Shown here: positions 1-11,759 of the stretch, piece by piece | How positions within the stretch are numbered: the stretch's first letter is position 1 | Layout of the letters: each line of letters starts with the position of its first letter | DNA from: an uncultured Planctomycetaceae bacterium | Lineage (GTDB): Bacteria > Planctomycetota > Planctomycetia > Planctomycetales > Planctomycetaceae | Assembly (NCBI GenBank): GCA_963813715.1 | Contig: CAWFAK010000007.1 | Coordinates: 768,001-832,000, forward strand | DNA length: 64,000 bases | Direction: 5' to 3' | The notes under the pieces: model-generated | Seen by the model: only the letters and a program-made list of their open reading frames with translations | Databases searched by the model: none | What the model was told of the DNA's origin: nothing | Position numbers and translations under genes: made by a program

Positions 1-1
1 G

Positions 2-997
2 CAGGAAAAGTCCCCGCCCGAGCGGGTCTATTACAACCTGCTCAATCCGACCGGCGTGGCCATCCAGCCTGGCACCGACTACGTCTTCGTCTCTTCGCGA
101 TACGGCATCTATCGCTACGACCCCAATTACAAACAGCCCGCCGAGCACAAAGCGGGGATTGAAATCGACAGTTACCCGAAGACGGTCGACCAATTCGGCA
201 GCGGGCCGAAATTCGAGATCGGTCCCCTGGGCCTCGCGTTTCTGGATCGCACTCACCTCGTCGTGGGGGACGGCAGCCGCAAGAACGGGGAGGAGCTGGT
301 GCGGGTCTACAACCTGCCCACACCCCCGCCGCCCCCCGACCGCTGGATCAAAGAGGACGGGGCCGAGTTCACGCTTGGACCGATCAAGGCGGGAACCAAG
401 TCCTCGACAGGCGAGGGGGACTTCTTCGGCGTGGCCGTCGGTCACCACGCCATCTGGGTGACCTGCCACGGCGACGAGGCGAAGGGCTGGATCGCCAAGT
501 GCGAAGTCACCGACGGCAAGCCCGGCCCGCTCACGCCGTCAATCGCCACGCGGCCGGCAACGCAGGTCGCCGGCCCTGGCCCGCTCACGTTTACGCCAGA
601 CGGCAAGGAACTGGTCGTCGGGTTGACGGGAGACCTTAACTCCGAGGAACGGGACAGCGTGATCGCCTTCTTCGATCCGGCTGACGGGAGCCTCAAACGA
701 AAACTGAAGGCCGGTCTCTACGACGTTACGGGCCTGGCCTACAGCCCCAAGACCAAAAAACTCTACGCCACGGACTTCGCCTGGAAAAAGCCGCGCGACG
801 GGGGACTGTTCGAGCTGACGGTCGACGGCGACAAAATGAAGGCGACCCGCGTGGTCGCGCTCGATAAGCCGTGCGCCCTCGCCTTCGACCCCGCCGGGCA
901 TCTTTACGTCACCGTGTTCGACGTTCATCTCGAGGGGGGTGAAAAAGCTCGATCCACCGATCCCGGCGCGCTGCTCTACATCAAGCCGGGCCTTTGA
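2..997 (+). CDS. Beta-propeller (NHL/SMP-30-like) protein, 5'-truncated by the window edge
   Basis: Frame open from position 2 (QEKSPPERVYYNLLNPTGVAIQPG). Repeated blade motifs: PTGVAI, PLGLAF, PGPLTFTPDG, VTGLAYSP, PCALAFDPAGHLYV. Confidence 0.6.
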   Translation, partial: QEKSPPERVYYNLLNPTGVAIQPGTDYVFVSSRYGIYRYDPNYKQPAEHKAGIEIDSYPKTVDQFGSGPKFEIGPLGLAFLDRTHLVVGDGSRKNGEELVRVYNLPTPPPPPDRWIKEDGAEFTLGPIKAGTKSSTGEGDFFGVAVGHHAIWVTCHGDEAKGWIAKCEVTDGKPGPLTPSIATRPATQVAGPGPLTFTPDGKELVVGLTGDLNSEERDSVIAFFDPADGSLKRKLKAGLYDVTGLAYSPKTKKLYATDFAWKKPRDGGLFELTVDGDKMKATRVVALDKPCALAFDPAGHLYVTVFDVHLEGGEKARSTDPGALLYIKPGL

Positions 998-1081
998 AGG
1001 CTGATGTTCGCCGCAGACCTGCTTTGAGAACATCGGCAGACGGGCCGACGATCCCGCCATCTGGTCCGCCTTCCGGGCGGG

Positions 1082-1090
1082 TGCTAGCAT
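1082..1090 (+). promoter_or_regulatory. Extended -10 element (TGcTAGCAT), probable leaderless promoter of trpG/pabA
   Basis: TAGCAT at 1085-1090 preceded by TG-n, 6 nt before ATG 1097; no Shine-Dalgarno visible. Confidence 0.4.
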
Positions 1091-1096
1091 TGATTG

Positions 1097-1693
1097 ATGA
1101 TCTTCGTTCTGGATAACTACGACTCGTTCACCTACAACCTCGTCCAACGGCTGGGCGAGATTGACGCGGGTCTGGAAATCCGTGTCGCGCGCAACGATCA
1201 GATCACCGTCGAACAAATCGGGCAATTGCAGCCGGAGCGGATCATTATTTCGCCCGGGCCCTGCACGCCCAGCGAGGCGGGAATCTCCAAGCAGGTGATC
1301 GAAAGCTTCGGGCCACGGGTGCCCGTGCTCGGCGTTTGCCTGGGACATCAATGCATTGGCGAGACGTATCAGGGCCGAGTGCTGCGGGCCGATCGGCTAA
1401 TGCACGGCAAGGTCTCGAACATTCATCACGACGGGCGGGGACTGTTCGCGGGGTTGAAGAACCCGTTCTCCGCCACGCGTTATCACAGCCTGGCCATCCC
1501 GCTCGGCGCCGTGCCTGACGACCTCGAATTATGCGCGTGGACGGCCGACGACGATTTTCCCCGCGAAGTGATGGGCGTGCGGCACCGGCGGTTCCCCGTG
1601 CACGGCGTGCAGTTTCACCCGGAGAGCTTTCTTACGGACGGCGGCATCGACCTGTTGCGAAACTTCTTGCGATTGCGGGTCGACGGATGCTGA
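1097..1693 (+). CDS. trpG: Anthranilate/aminodeoxychorismate synthase component II (class I glutamine amidotransferase)
   Basis: LDNYDSFTYNL, IISPGPCTP, LGVCLGHQ (Cys nucleophile), RYHSL, GVQFHPES. trpG and pabA cannot be distinguished from sequence alone. Confidence 0.92.
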   Translation: MIFVLDNYDSFTYNLVQRLGEIDAGLEIRVARNDQITVEQIGQLQPERIIISPGPCTPSEAGISKQVIESFGPRVPVLGVCLGHQCIGETYQGRVLRADRLMHGKVSNIHHDGRGLFAGLKNPFSATRYHSLAIPLGAVPDDLELCAWTADDDFPREVMGVRHRRFPVHGVQFHPESFLTDGGIDLLRNFLRLRVDGC

Positions 1694-2974
1694 GCGTAGC
1701 CGAGGCTCTCGACGCGATTCTGAAAGAGACCAAGCCGGCTCCGCCAATCGCCGTCGATCTGGCCGATGCTCTCGGACTCGTGACGGCTGAAGCCGTCATC
1801 TCCGACGTCGACTCCCCCCCCTTCGACAAAGCGCTAATGGATGGTTTCGCCGTCCGCTCGGCCGACGTCGCCGCCCCCGAGGCCCGCCTGCGGATCATTG
1901 AGCATGTTATTGCCGGCATGATTCCCTCGCGGCCGGTGACCGCCGGCACCGCCACGCGAATCATGACCGGTGCGCCGCTCCCCGAAGGGGTTGACTGCGT
2001 GATCAAGGTGGAAGACACGCGCATCGAGCCGCCGCCTTCGCAGTCGTCTCCGACGGCAAATCCCACGGTCGTCGGCGGGACGGTCGTCATTCGAGGCACT
2101 GCGGCGGCAGGCGCCAATATCATTCGTCGCGGCACGTCCCTCAAGAACGGGCAGACCGTGCTGCCCGCTGGCAGACTGGTTCGGCCGCAAGAGGTGGGAG
2201 GCGCTGGCCGAGGTCGGCAAAGAACGATTGTCGGTCTATCCGCGGCCCACGGTAGGCATTCTGGCAACCGGGGACGAGCTGGTTCCGATGGCGGCCAAGC
2301 CAGGCCCGGGGCAGATCCGCAACTCGAACGAGGCCATGCTCGGTGCCCAGACACAGCGCGCGGGAGGGCGGCCAGTGCTCCTGGGAATCGCCCGGGACAA
2401 TCCAGCCGAGCTTCGCGAACGGATTGTCGTCGGCCTGAAAAACGACGTTTTGCTGCTGTCAGGTGGAGTTTCTGAGGGCACGCACGACCTGGTGCCTAAG
2501 GAACTGGCGGCCCTGGGCGTGCGGAATGTCTTTCATAAGGTGCTCATGCGGCCGGGGAAACCGCTCTGGTTTGGCGTTTGGGAGCGGCCAGACTCCCAGC
2601 CCGGCTCGTGGCGGACTTCTGTCTTCGGCTTGCCCGGCAATCCGGTCAGCAGCCTCGTCTGCTTCGAGGTGTTTGTTCGCTCCTGTTTGCAGCGGCTCAT
2701 GGGGCACGAACCCGCCGGGCCACGGCCGGTCCGTGCCCGCCTGACCCAAGATCACGTTGCCCGAGGAGAGCGTCCCACGTACAATCCCGCGCGACTCCGG
2801 TGGGATGCCGAGGGTCCCCAAGTTACCCCAGCGCGTTGGCACGGCTCGTCCGACCTGCAGGCAATGGTCGAGGCCAATGCGGTCGTCGTCTTTCCGGGCG
2901 GGGACGCGAGCTACGAGCGGGGCACTCTGATCGAAGTCATTCCCTTCGACCGATCAACCGACGGATCGGTGTAA
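1687..2974 (+). CDS. moeA: Molybdopterin molybdotransferase MoeA (one frameshift near 2200)
   Basis: PPFDKALMDGFAV and RIMTGAPLPEG in ORF 1531..2475; ATGDEL, IRNSN, SGGVS, MRPGKP, GLPGNPVS in ORF 2228..2974. Confidence 0.9.
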
Positions 2975-2981
2975 CGATCAA

Positions 2982-4933
2982 ATGAATACGAACCCAGGGA
3001 CGGGAGCCGATATTTTGCAGACTACACCCCTCACTCGTCCCCGTTCGATGTCAATGCCTCCCGCCTCAACCGAGCCGACCGTTCGTTCGATCATCCGCGC
3101 CGCTCGTTCGGTCAACGCCCCGGCCTCTTCGCGCCGCAGCTGGATTGCGGCCGGGTTGTCGGGTCTGTTGTTGTGGGCCAGCTTTTCGCCTCTCGACTGG
3201 GGTGCGCTCGGCTGGATCGCCCTGGTCCCTTTGTTGCTCTTGGTCCGGCCGGCCAAGCGCCCCCCCGCGCGGCGCTGGCAACGTTCGTCACCACATTTGT
3301 GTCGCAGATTTTCATCCTGCAGTGGCTCCGCTACGGCGACCCCAGCATGTACGTGGCCATGGTCGCCTGTGCATTCTATTTCGCCTGCTACTTTCCGACG
3401 TTTCTGCTGCTGTGCCGCGGCGCGGTGCATCGCCTGCGCGTGCCCCTGGTGATCGCCGCTCCCATCATCTGGGTCGGGTTGGAATATGCGCGGGCCTACA
3501 TGCTCACGGGAGCTTCGTGGTACTACATCGGCCACACGCAGTACCGCTGGCTCGAGATGATTCAAGTCAGCGATCTGGTCGGCGCATACGGCGTCAGCTT
3601 TGTCGTGATGACGGCGGCGGCCGCACTGGCTGGAATAGTGCCCGCCTGGTGGTTAGCGCCAAACGCGGTTCCGGCTCCCGGCACGTCCGCCAACGCGGAA
3701 TCCGAAGCGGCAATGAAGATGATGGTCGACGGCGCGACCGCGGCGAGTGCGTCGCCCGGCCGTGTGCGGTTCCGAGACGTGCTGGCCGTGGCCTATGCCC
3801 TCGTCGTGGTGGGCGGCTGCCTCACTTATGGGTATGTCCGCCGTGCCCAGGCTGAATTTCGCGAAGGTCCGCGAATCGCGCTCATTCAGGGGAACTTCAC
3901 CTCGGCCGTGAAGCACGATCCGAGCGAGGCGACATCGATCTTCAATCGGCACTATACGCTGACGGGGGCCGCCGTAAAGTTTCAGCCCGATCTGATTGTC
4001 TGGCCGGAAACCATGTATCGCGATCCGCTGTTTCTGGCCTCGCCGAACCTGTCCGACGCCGACTTGCAGCGGGCTGCGCCGCGAATTCCGCCCTACGCGT
4101 GGAAAACATCTCAGGCCCCCGAGCGGCTGCACGAACTGGCGCAGATGGCCGGCGCGGGAATGATCTTTGGTATCGACACGCTCGTCGCCCAGAAGGACTC
4201 GATGCAGCACTTCAACTCGGCCGTGCTGTCCGTGCCCGGCAATTCGAGCCTGCGCCGCTACGACAAAATTCACCGCATGATCTTTGGCGAGTACATCCCG
4301 CTTAAAGACTATCTGCCTTTCCTCAAGACGTTCGTGCCGTACGATTCGGGCTTCGGCATCGCGGCGGGCGACCGGGCCGTCGCCTTCGATTACAAAGATT
4401 GGCGAATCGCGCCGACGATTTGTTTCGAGGACACCGTGCCACAATTGATGCGAGACATCGTTGCCCGGCTCGATGCCCCGTCCGCCGGCAACAAGCCGGT
4501 CGATTGCCTGGTCAACGTCACGAACGACGGCTGGTTCCACGGGTCGGCGGGGCTCGACCAGCACTTGATCACCGCCCTGTTTCGCTGCGTCGAATTGCGG
4601 AAGCCCATGGTCCGTGCGGTCAACACGGGGATCTCGGCCATAATTGACGGCGACGGTTTGGTCATCGAGCCCGATGTGTACATCGATGCCGACGCCAAGC
4701 CACCCAGCAAGGGCCGGACGTCGATGCGCGATCCGAAGACGGGCAAGTGGAATCGGCTGCTGAATGCCGTGCTCGTCGATTCGGTGCCGCTCGACAACCG
4801 CAGCAGCTTCTATCTGCATCACGGCGACTGGTTCGCCGCCGGCTGCGGGGTACTGGCGGCACTCGCCGGTATTCTGGCTGTCTTGCCCGCCGCCTGGCCG
4901 CCACGCCGCTGGATTCGCGAAGTCCCGGCCTAG
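2982..4933 (+). CDS. lnt: Apolipoprotein N-acyltransferase (frameshift near the poly-C at ~3260)
   Basis: N-terminal TM helices (LLLWASFSPLDWGALGWIALVPLL); nitrilase triad motifs VWPET, YDKIH..FGEYIP, ICFED; NVTNDGWF; RAVNTGISAIID. Confidence 0.9.
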
Positions 4934-5116
4934 TTCGAGGACACCTCGTCGCGGGCCGCCGTTCGCCAGCGCCCGACGGTGTCGGTCTGTTCATCGCAAC
5001 CGCTCCTCGTCCCGCAGAAGGTCGCTGTTTTGTCTTGGACAACGCTTGGCGCGAGCGTTTAGCATGAAGAGAGGCATGTCCCCGGTGCTCTTCCTGCAAA
5101 TCGCTCGGCGCGACGT

Positions 5117-5368
5117 ATGTCCGAACTCTTCTTTGAACGCGGTCTCTTTGCGACGCTGGCGGCGGCCCTCGTCGTCCCCGAGTTGACGACGTTTCTGATC
5201 TTCGTCTTCGTGGCGCTCAGTCTCTCGGCTCTGCTCGCCCGCCAAATCTGGTCTTTCGTCCGCGTTCCGTCGACGCCGCGATTTCAACACGCCACCTCCG
5301 ATGCGCGGCCCCCCGATCCGACGAGCCTCAGGCTGTTCGCGGAGTCGCGCGGGCCGGTCGTCGATTAG
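5117..5368 (+). CDS. Small hypothetical membrane protein
   Basis: 83-aa ORF with a long hydrophobic stretch, co-oriented with its neighbours. Confidence 0.4.
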   Translation: MSELFFERGLFATLAAALVVPELTTFLIFVFVALSLSALLARQIWSFVRVPSTPRFQHATSDARPPDPTSLRLFAESRGPVVD

Positions 5369-5466
5369 CCGCTAGCGCGTCCCGTTTCGAGGGCTGCCTT
5401 TGCTTTTAGACGCCCCCGTCGACGGCTATACTGGGACGCATCACGATATGTTTATCTATCGAGGCC

Positions 5467-7880
5467 GTGGTCAGAATGCGCTGTTGCTCGCGGCTGCTTC
5501 TGCTGCTCTTTTTCGCCGGTTCGCCCACCGAACTCGCCCTCGCTGGTGCGAATCGCGCGACCGACGACCGCGAGACTCTTTTCGAGACGCGGATTCGTCC
5601 GGTTTTGGTGGCGCAGTGCGTCCGGTGCCACGGAGCGGAGAAGATCAATAACGGGCTGCGCGTCGATGCCCGGCAGTCGTTGATTCACGGTGGCGACTCG
5701 GGCGCTGCGATCGTTCCCGGGCACCCCGAGCAAAGCTTGCTGTTGCAAGCGATCCGTCAGGCGGGCGATTTGAAGATGCCGCCACCGCCCGCGCCGGCTG
5801 CCCGACTCCATAATTGCCGACTTCGAGGAATGGATTCAAGACGGCGCGACTTGGCCGAAGAATGACGACCGAGGCTCAGCGTGGCGACAGCCGGCGGCTC
5901 CAGCGGCGCAGACTCATTGGGCGTTTCGGCCCGTCGTCAAAGTGACGCCGCCTGCCGATCCAAGCGGTTGGTCGGCCAACGCCGTCGACCGGTTCATCTC
6001 ACAGAATCTCAGAGCGCGGGGCTCAAGCCCGTGCGTCCGGCGCCTAAGTCCGTTCTGCTGCGCCGGGCGTCGTTCGATCTGATCGGCTTGCCGCCGACTC
6101 CCGCCGACGTCCGGGCCTTCATGGCCGACAACTCACCCGACGCATTCGAAAAGGTGATCGACCGCCTGCTCGCGTCGCCTCAGTACGGTGAACGCTGGGG
6201 CCGTTACTGGATGGACGTCGCCCGCTACGCCGACACGGCCGGCGACAACGCCGACTATCCCGTCCCGGAAGCGCGACTGTATCGCGATTACATTATCGAC
6301 TCGTTCAACGCCGACAAACCTTACGATCAGTTCCTTCGCGAGCAGATCGCCGGCGACATTTTGGCCAAGGACGGAGCTGCCGGCCGCTACGCCGAGCAGG
6401 TAACCGCGACGGGCTTTCTCGCTCTCTCGCGCCGCTATGCCACCGCCCCTTACGAGCTGTGGCATCTGACACTGGAAGACACGATTGACACGGTGGGACG
6501 AGCCTGCCTGGGGATCACGCTCCGTTGGCGCGGTGCCACGATCACAAGTTCGATCCCGTGCCTACGGCCGACTACTACCGGCTGTACGGCATTTTCGCCA
6601 GCACTCGTTTCCCTTATGCCGGTTCCGAAGAACTGGTGTCGAAAAAATTCGGCCGCACCGGATTTGTTCCGCTCGTGCCGGAGGCGGCGGCCGCTCCGCG
6701 GCTGGTCGCCTACCGCCGCGAGATCGACACCGACCGCAACGAAATCGATCACCTGCAGGCCGGACATCCTCGACGGGGACCGGGGGCGAAGCAGCTCAAA
6801 TCGCTGCAGCGCCGGCTCAAGGTCCTCGAACGAAGCGGCAGTCCTGCGGAGTTGCCGGTGGCCTACGCGGTCAGCGAAGGGACCGTGACAGATGCGCACA
6901 TTCAACTGCACGGCGAGCCGAGCCAAGAAGGGGCTCTCGTGACGCGCGGCGTTCCCCAATTCCTCCCCGACTTCCCCGGGACGGTGCCGACCGCCAACGA
7001 AAGCGGGCGGCTCGAGCTGGCCGACTGGATCGCCTCGCCGCGCAATCCGCTCACCGCCCGCGTGATGGTCAACCGAGTTTGGCAGCATCACTTCGGCCGC
7101 GGCGTCGTCGGCACCCCCTCGAATTTCGGGACGCGTGGCAGCCCTCCGACCCACCCGGAGTTGCTCGATTGGCTCACCGCGTCTTTCATTGAGCACGGCT
7201 GGTCGATCAAGTGGCTGCACCGGGAAATCATGAACTCGCGGACCTATCAGCTTGCGTCGACGACAGACCCGCATAATGAAACAATCGACGAATCGAACAC
7301 GTGGCACTGGCGGTTCGACCGGCAGCGACTCGACGCCGAAGCCATCCGCGACGCGATGCTCGACGTGGCCGGCACGCTCGACCTCGCGCGGGCCGGGCGG
7401 CACCCATTTCCTGATATCGACGATTGGACGTGGACGCAGCACGTCCCCTTCAAGGCTGCCTACCCATCGAACCATCGCAGTGTCTACCTGATGACGCAGC
7501 GGCTCCATCGGCATCCGTTTCTCGGCTTGTTCGATGGCCCCGACACCAACACCACCACCGACGTCCGCTCTTCGTCCACCGTCCCGCTGCAGGCTCTCTT
7601 CTTGATGAATAGCCAGTTCATGCGGGACACAGCTGCGGCCTTTGCCCAGCGCGTCTGTCGCGACGCTTCCGCGCCCCGTGATCGCATTTCGCTTATGGAA
7701 GAGTTAGCCTACTGTCGTCCGCCTTCGCCAGCGGAAACCGCGAAGGCGGAAGAGTTCCTCACACAGTTTCGCACCCTTGCCTTGTCCTCCGGCCTGAATC
7801 CCTCCCGAGCTGATGCCGAAGCGTGGTTGAGCTACGCGCGCGTCATCCTCGCTGCCAACGAGTTTTTTTACGTCGACTGA
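5467..7880 (+). CDS. Planctomycete cytochrome c / DUF1549 / DUF1553 (PSD1) protein (several frameshifts)
   Basis: FETRIRPVL..CVRCHG (CxxCH), LLRRASFDLIGLPP, YGERWGRYWMDVARYAD, ARCHDHKFDP, NPLTARVMVNRVWQHHFGRG, RLDAEAIRDAML, PLQALFLMN. Confidence 0.9.
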
Positions 7881-7921
7881 ACAACTTCCGTCGGCGGCCC
7901 ACCGTTCCTAGTGAAATATCG

Positions 7922-7970
7922 GGCAGGCTTCGGGCCTGCCGAGAGAATGCAGGGCGGGCTTAGGCCCTGC
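7922..7970. repeat. Two adjacent GC-rich hairpins in the intergenic gap
   Basis: GGCAGGC-ttcgg-GCCTGCC and GCAGGGC-gggcttag-GCCCTGC. Confidence 0.45.
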
Positions 7971-8048
7971 CAAGAGCTTGAACCCTCGTCGATCTGCGAC
8001 AGCAGACCCGCCCTTAGGATTTTCGTTACCCCGTTGGAGCGGCCCAGC

Positions 8049-9447
8049 ATGCAGGGACCCGCGATTTCGCCACGTCGTGACTTCTTGAAGTCGGCCGGGC
8101 TCGGCCTGGCGGCGAGCAGTGCCGGCGTGTATCGAGCCCTCGCCCAGGCGGCCGAAGCCAAAAGCGGGCATCCGCTGGCTCCCCGGCGGTCGAACCATCC
8201 CGCACGGGCGAAGCATCTGATTTTCGTCTTTCTGACCGGCGGCTTTTCGCACGTCGACACCTTCGATCCCAAGCCTCAGCTCGCGGTCGACGCCGGCAAG
8301 AGCGTGTCGGCGATTCACCTCCGCGGCACCGACGTGCTGCCGCTGATGCCCAGCCCATTCCGCTTCACTCAGCACGGGCAATCGGGCCTGCCGATGAGTG
8401 AGCTGTTTCCTCACCTGAGAACGGTGGCCGACGAATTGTGCGTCGTGCGGAGCCTGCATACCGACATCATCGAACATTTTCAGTCCGTGCTGGCGATGCA
8501 CACGGGCTCGGCCACGGTCCCGCTCCCAAGCATTGGGGCGTGGGTCAGTTTTGGACTGGGCACCCTCAACGCGAACCTGCCTTCGTACGTCGTCTTCTGC
8601 GAGCATCCTCCCTACGGCGGCTCGCAGGTGTGGGACAGCAACTTTCTGCCCCCCGTGCATCAGGGCGTGCGGATTTTTCCCGGGCCAAACCCCCTGCCCG
8701 ACCTGGCCTCGCGTGCGCCGACGCTGTCGCTCCACGAGCTCGAGCAGCGGATGCTTCGCGACGCCAATGAACTGCACGCGGAGGCCCGCCCCGGCGACCT
8801 CAACCTGCGGGCGCGGCAGACTAGCTTCGACATTGCCCGGGGCATGATGCGAGTCGCCCCCGAGGTCTTCGACCTCGCCGGCGAGACGCGCGAAACGCTC
8901 GACCTGTACGGAGTCGACTCGGCAGACAAGACCTCGTTCGCCTGGCAGTGCCTGATGGCCCGCCGCATGGTCGAGCGCGGCGTCCGCACCGTCGAGCTGA
9001 TCGACACCGGTGCGAGCAACAACTGGGACGCGCACGGCAACATGCAGGACCATCGCCCCAAGGCGCTTCGCGTCGACCGGGCCCTGGCTGCGCTGATCCA
9101 AGAACATCAAACGGCGAGGTCTGCTCGACGAAACGCTGGTCGCCATCTGCACCGAGTTCGGCCGCACACCCTGGACCGACGCCCCGAACGGCAAGGGTCG
9201 GAATCATTACGCGGCCGCCTTCTCCTGCTTGCTGGCCGGCGCGGGTATAAAAGGGGGAACGACTTACGGGCAGACCGACGAACACGGGATCACCATCGCG
9301 GCCAACCCAGTCCACGTGCACGACTACCACGCGACGATCCTCCACGTCCTGGGCCTCGACCACGAGCATCTGACCTACCGCTATGCCGGCCGCGATTTTC
9401 GCCTCACCGACGTCCGTGCGCACGTCGTCCGGGACATCCTGGCCTGA
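8049..9447 (+). CDS. DUF1501 family protein with Tat signal (frameshift near 9100)
   Basis: SPRRDFLK, GGFSHVDTFDPKP, PSIGAWVSFGLG, CLMARRMVERGVR, WDAH, HVHDYHATILHVLGLDH..LTYRYAGRDFRLTDV; usual partner of PSD1 genes. Confidence 0.9.
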
Positions 9448-9460
9448 CGCCTCGCCTGCA

Positions 9461-10564
9461 TTGCGGCCGACTCCCGTAGGGCAGGCTGTGCCTGCCGCGA
9501 GCGCGAGTTCGGATGGTAAAGACGGCACGCACAGCCTGCCCTACGAGACCCTGGGGCTCCGATCCGGTTTCGCGCTCGTCGATCTCATTGCCGTCGCGTG
9601 CGCGGTCGCGCTGGTCACCGCACTCTGCATCTACTGGGTCCAACAGGCACGAATTCGCGCCCGCACGCTTGGCTGCCGCGACAACCTGCGGCAGATCGGT
9701 GCGGCCCTCGCTCAATACACGGACACGCAGCGCACGCTGCCGACCATTACACTGTCCGGTGCCGGCTATCGCCTGGCCCAAAGCCCGCTGGCTGTGCTGG
9801 TGCCGCTCTTGCCGCCGGTCGCCCGCGCGGAGGCGACCTACGACTCGGCGCAACCCTGGTTTCACCAGCAACCGGGCGTGGCGGCGGTGATCGTGCCGAC
9901 GTTCCGCTGCCCGGCGTCGACGCACCGTAATCCGATCGTTTCGATCGCCGCCGAGCGCACCCAGTGCCCCCTCGGGACGCTGCTGGCAACTACCGATTAT
10001 GTCGTCTGCAAAGGGCCCAACGATTCATGGTGCTTGGACCACGGCGTGTCCGAAGTCCCGCTCAAGGAACGCGGCGTGTTCGAGATTGGACGTCCGCTCC
10101 AGCCGGGCGACATTGCGGATGGACTGGCCCAAACGATTGTGGTGGGGGAAGGATCGGGAGGCCTATTGTCGCTGAAGGACCGCTTCCCGCTCACCCTGGT
10201 GGATCGCGCGACCATGCAGTCGCTGCCCGCACGCAACCACTGGTGCTGGCCCTTCCTCAACACCTCAGAGGAGCAACTGCGGACCCAGGTCGTGGCCGCC
10301 GGAGTCTTCGGCACGACCGCCGTCGACCTGAACCGACAGCCGACGATCGAAACGATTCTAAACACCGAGAAACTCCACGACTGCCGACCGCGCTACAAGG
10401 ACGGGTTTCACTCGGTCAGCAATTTCCGCAGCGAGCATCCGGGCGGGGCGTACTTTCTTTTCGCGGACGGAGCCAGCCACTTTGTTTCGGACGGCATCGT
10501 GCCCGACGTTTATCGTGCGCTCTCTTCCATCGCCGGCAGCGAGAGCGTCGACTACATCAACTGA
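9461..10564 (+). CDS. DUF1559 prepilin-like protein with degenerate N-terminal motif
   Basis: GFALVDLIAVA..VQQARIRARTLGCRDNLRQIG, FRCP, IADGLAQT, FRSEHPGGAYFLFADG (H-X9-DG). Start uncertain (TTG 9461 used). Confidence 0.85.
   Translation: MRPTPVGQAVPAASASSDGKDGTHSLPYETLGLRSGFALVDLIAVACAVALVTALCIYWVQQARIRARTLGCRDNLRQIGAALAQYTDTQRTLPTITLSGAGYRLAQSPLAVLVPLLPPVARAEATYDSAQPWFHQQPGVAAVIVPTFRCPASTHRNPIVSIAAERTQCPLGTLLATTDYVVCKGPNDSWCLDHGVSEVPLKERGVFEIGRPLQPGDIADGLAQTIVVGEGSGGLLSLKDRFPLTLVDRATMQSLPARNHWCWPFLNTSEEQLRTQVVAAGVFGTTAVDLNRQPTIETILNTEKLHDCRPRYKDGFHSVSNFRSEHPGGAYFLFADGASHFVSDGIVPDVYRALSSIAGSESVDYIN
9475..9545. repeat. GTAG-type REP doublet (inverted pair)
   Basis: cgtagggcaggctgtgcctgccg (9475-9497) and cggcacgcacagcctgccctacg (9523-9545); 22/23 complementary. 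Confidence 0.8.
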
Positions 10565-10980
10565 AGCCGTCACGAAATCAGACTTGATCTTTTCCTGAAA
10601 CGGCCGATTTGATAGCTTGCCGCCCCGCTCGTCCCCGCCTGCCTAATCTTTCGCACTCGCCACGTCGTCATGCTGTCTCCGCATCTTGTTGACACTCACA
10701 CAATTTCTCTGTCTTTCCAGTTCGCCCCGTTCTCCGCTTTCTGAAGACAGGCTTGGGTCGCCCTGGCCGTAGAAATGCTCAGCGCCCAAACCGACTCAAG
10801 TGAGCCTTCTCGGCATGACGACATGAGAATTTCGGAGGATTGTCCGGTCGTTGGACGGCAAGGCTGCCGGCCCACGCCCGGACCGTCTCAAAAGTGATCG
10901 CCGCCCAGAGTGTGCTGCCGAAAGTGTCCTTGAGAGCAAGGACCGGCGGACCCGGGCGGGGGGCCAAAAGGATTTGAGCC

Positions 10981-11583
10981 ATGCGGCTGCGAAAGCGACT
11001 CCTTCCCGTCTGCGGAATGTTGGTTCTAAGCTGTCTCTCCAACACCGGCTGCCAGACCACGGACAACAACAATGCCGTCGGCGGTGCCGTGGTCGGCACC
11101 GGTTTGGGCGCGCTGACCGGAGCCATCGTCGGCAGCGCGTTTGGTCGTCGCGACGCGGCGGCCGGTGCGTTGATCGGAGCGGCGGCTGGCGGCCTGGGTG
11201 GCGCCCTGGTCGGCCATGCCCAGGACGAGAAGAACCAGCAGACGCGTGATGCGATCCAGGCACAATATCAACAGGCTCAGGCCGCGGCCGAGCAGCGAGC
11301 CCTGCATAACGACGACGTCGTGTACATGGTCAAGACAGGCGTGAGCGACCAGGTGATCATCAACAGCATTCGCGAGCGGGGCGGACGCTTCGACACCAGC
11401 CCGCAGGATATCGTCAACCTGAAATCCAACGGCGTCGACGATGCCGTGGTCTACGCGATGCAGACGACTCCCCCGCCTAGCGCGATGGTGCCGCCGCCCG
11501 GAGGAGTCGTTTACGGCCCTCCGCCGGGACCGGCTGTCGGTGTCGTCGTCCGCCCGGCCTGGGGCTGGGGTTGGCACTATTAG
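10981..11583 (+). CDS. Glycine-zipper lipoprotein
   Basis: Lipobox-like NTGC, GAVVGTGLGALTGAIVG / GALIGAAAGGLGGALVG zipper, Pro-rich tail. Confidence 0.8.
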   Translation: MRLRKRLLPVCGMLVLSCLSNTGCQTTDNNNAVGGAVVGTGLGALTGAIVGSAFGRRDAAAGALIGAAAGGLGGALVGHAQDEKNQQTRDAIQAQYQQAQAAAEQRALHNDDVVYMVKTGVSDQVIINSIRERGGRFDTSPQDIVNLKSNGVDDAVVYAMQTTPPPSAMVPPPGGVVYGPPPGPAVGVVVRPAWGWGWHY

Positions 11584-11759
11584 TCGGCTGCCGACAACTT
11601 CAGTCGATCGGCCTCTCTGGGTTGCCGTTCGGGGCCGAGCCGCGGCAATCGCACTCGTGTGAAAGCGGCTACGGGACGCGTCGCCGGATCGGCGCCACTC
11701 GCTCAATTCGGGAGACGCGACAGCGGCCCGGCCGGTCGATTTCAGTCCGGCAAATTTCT

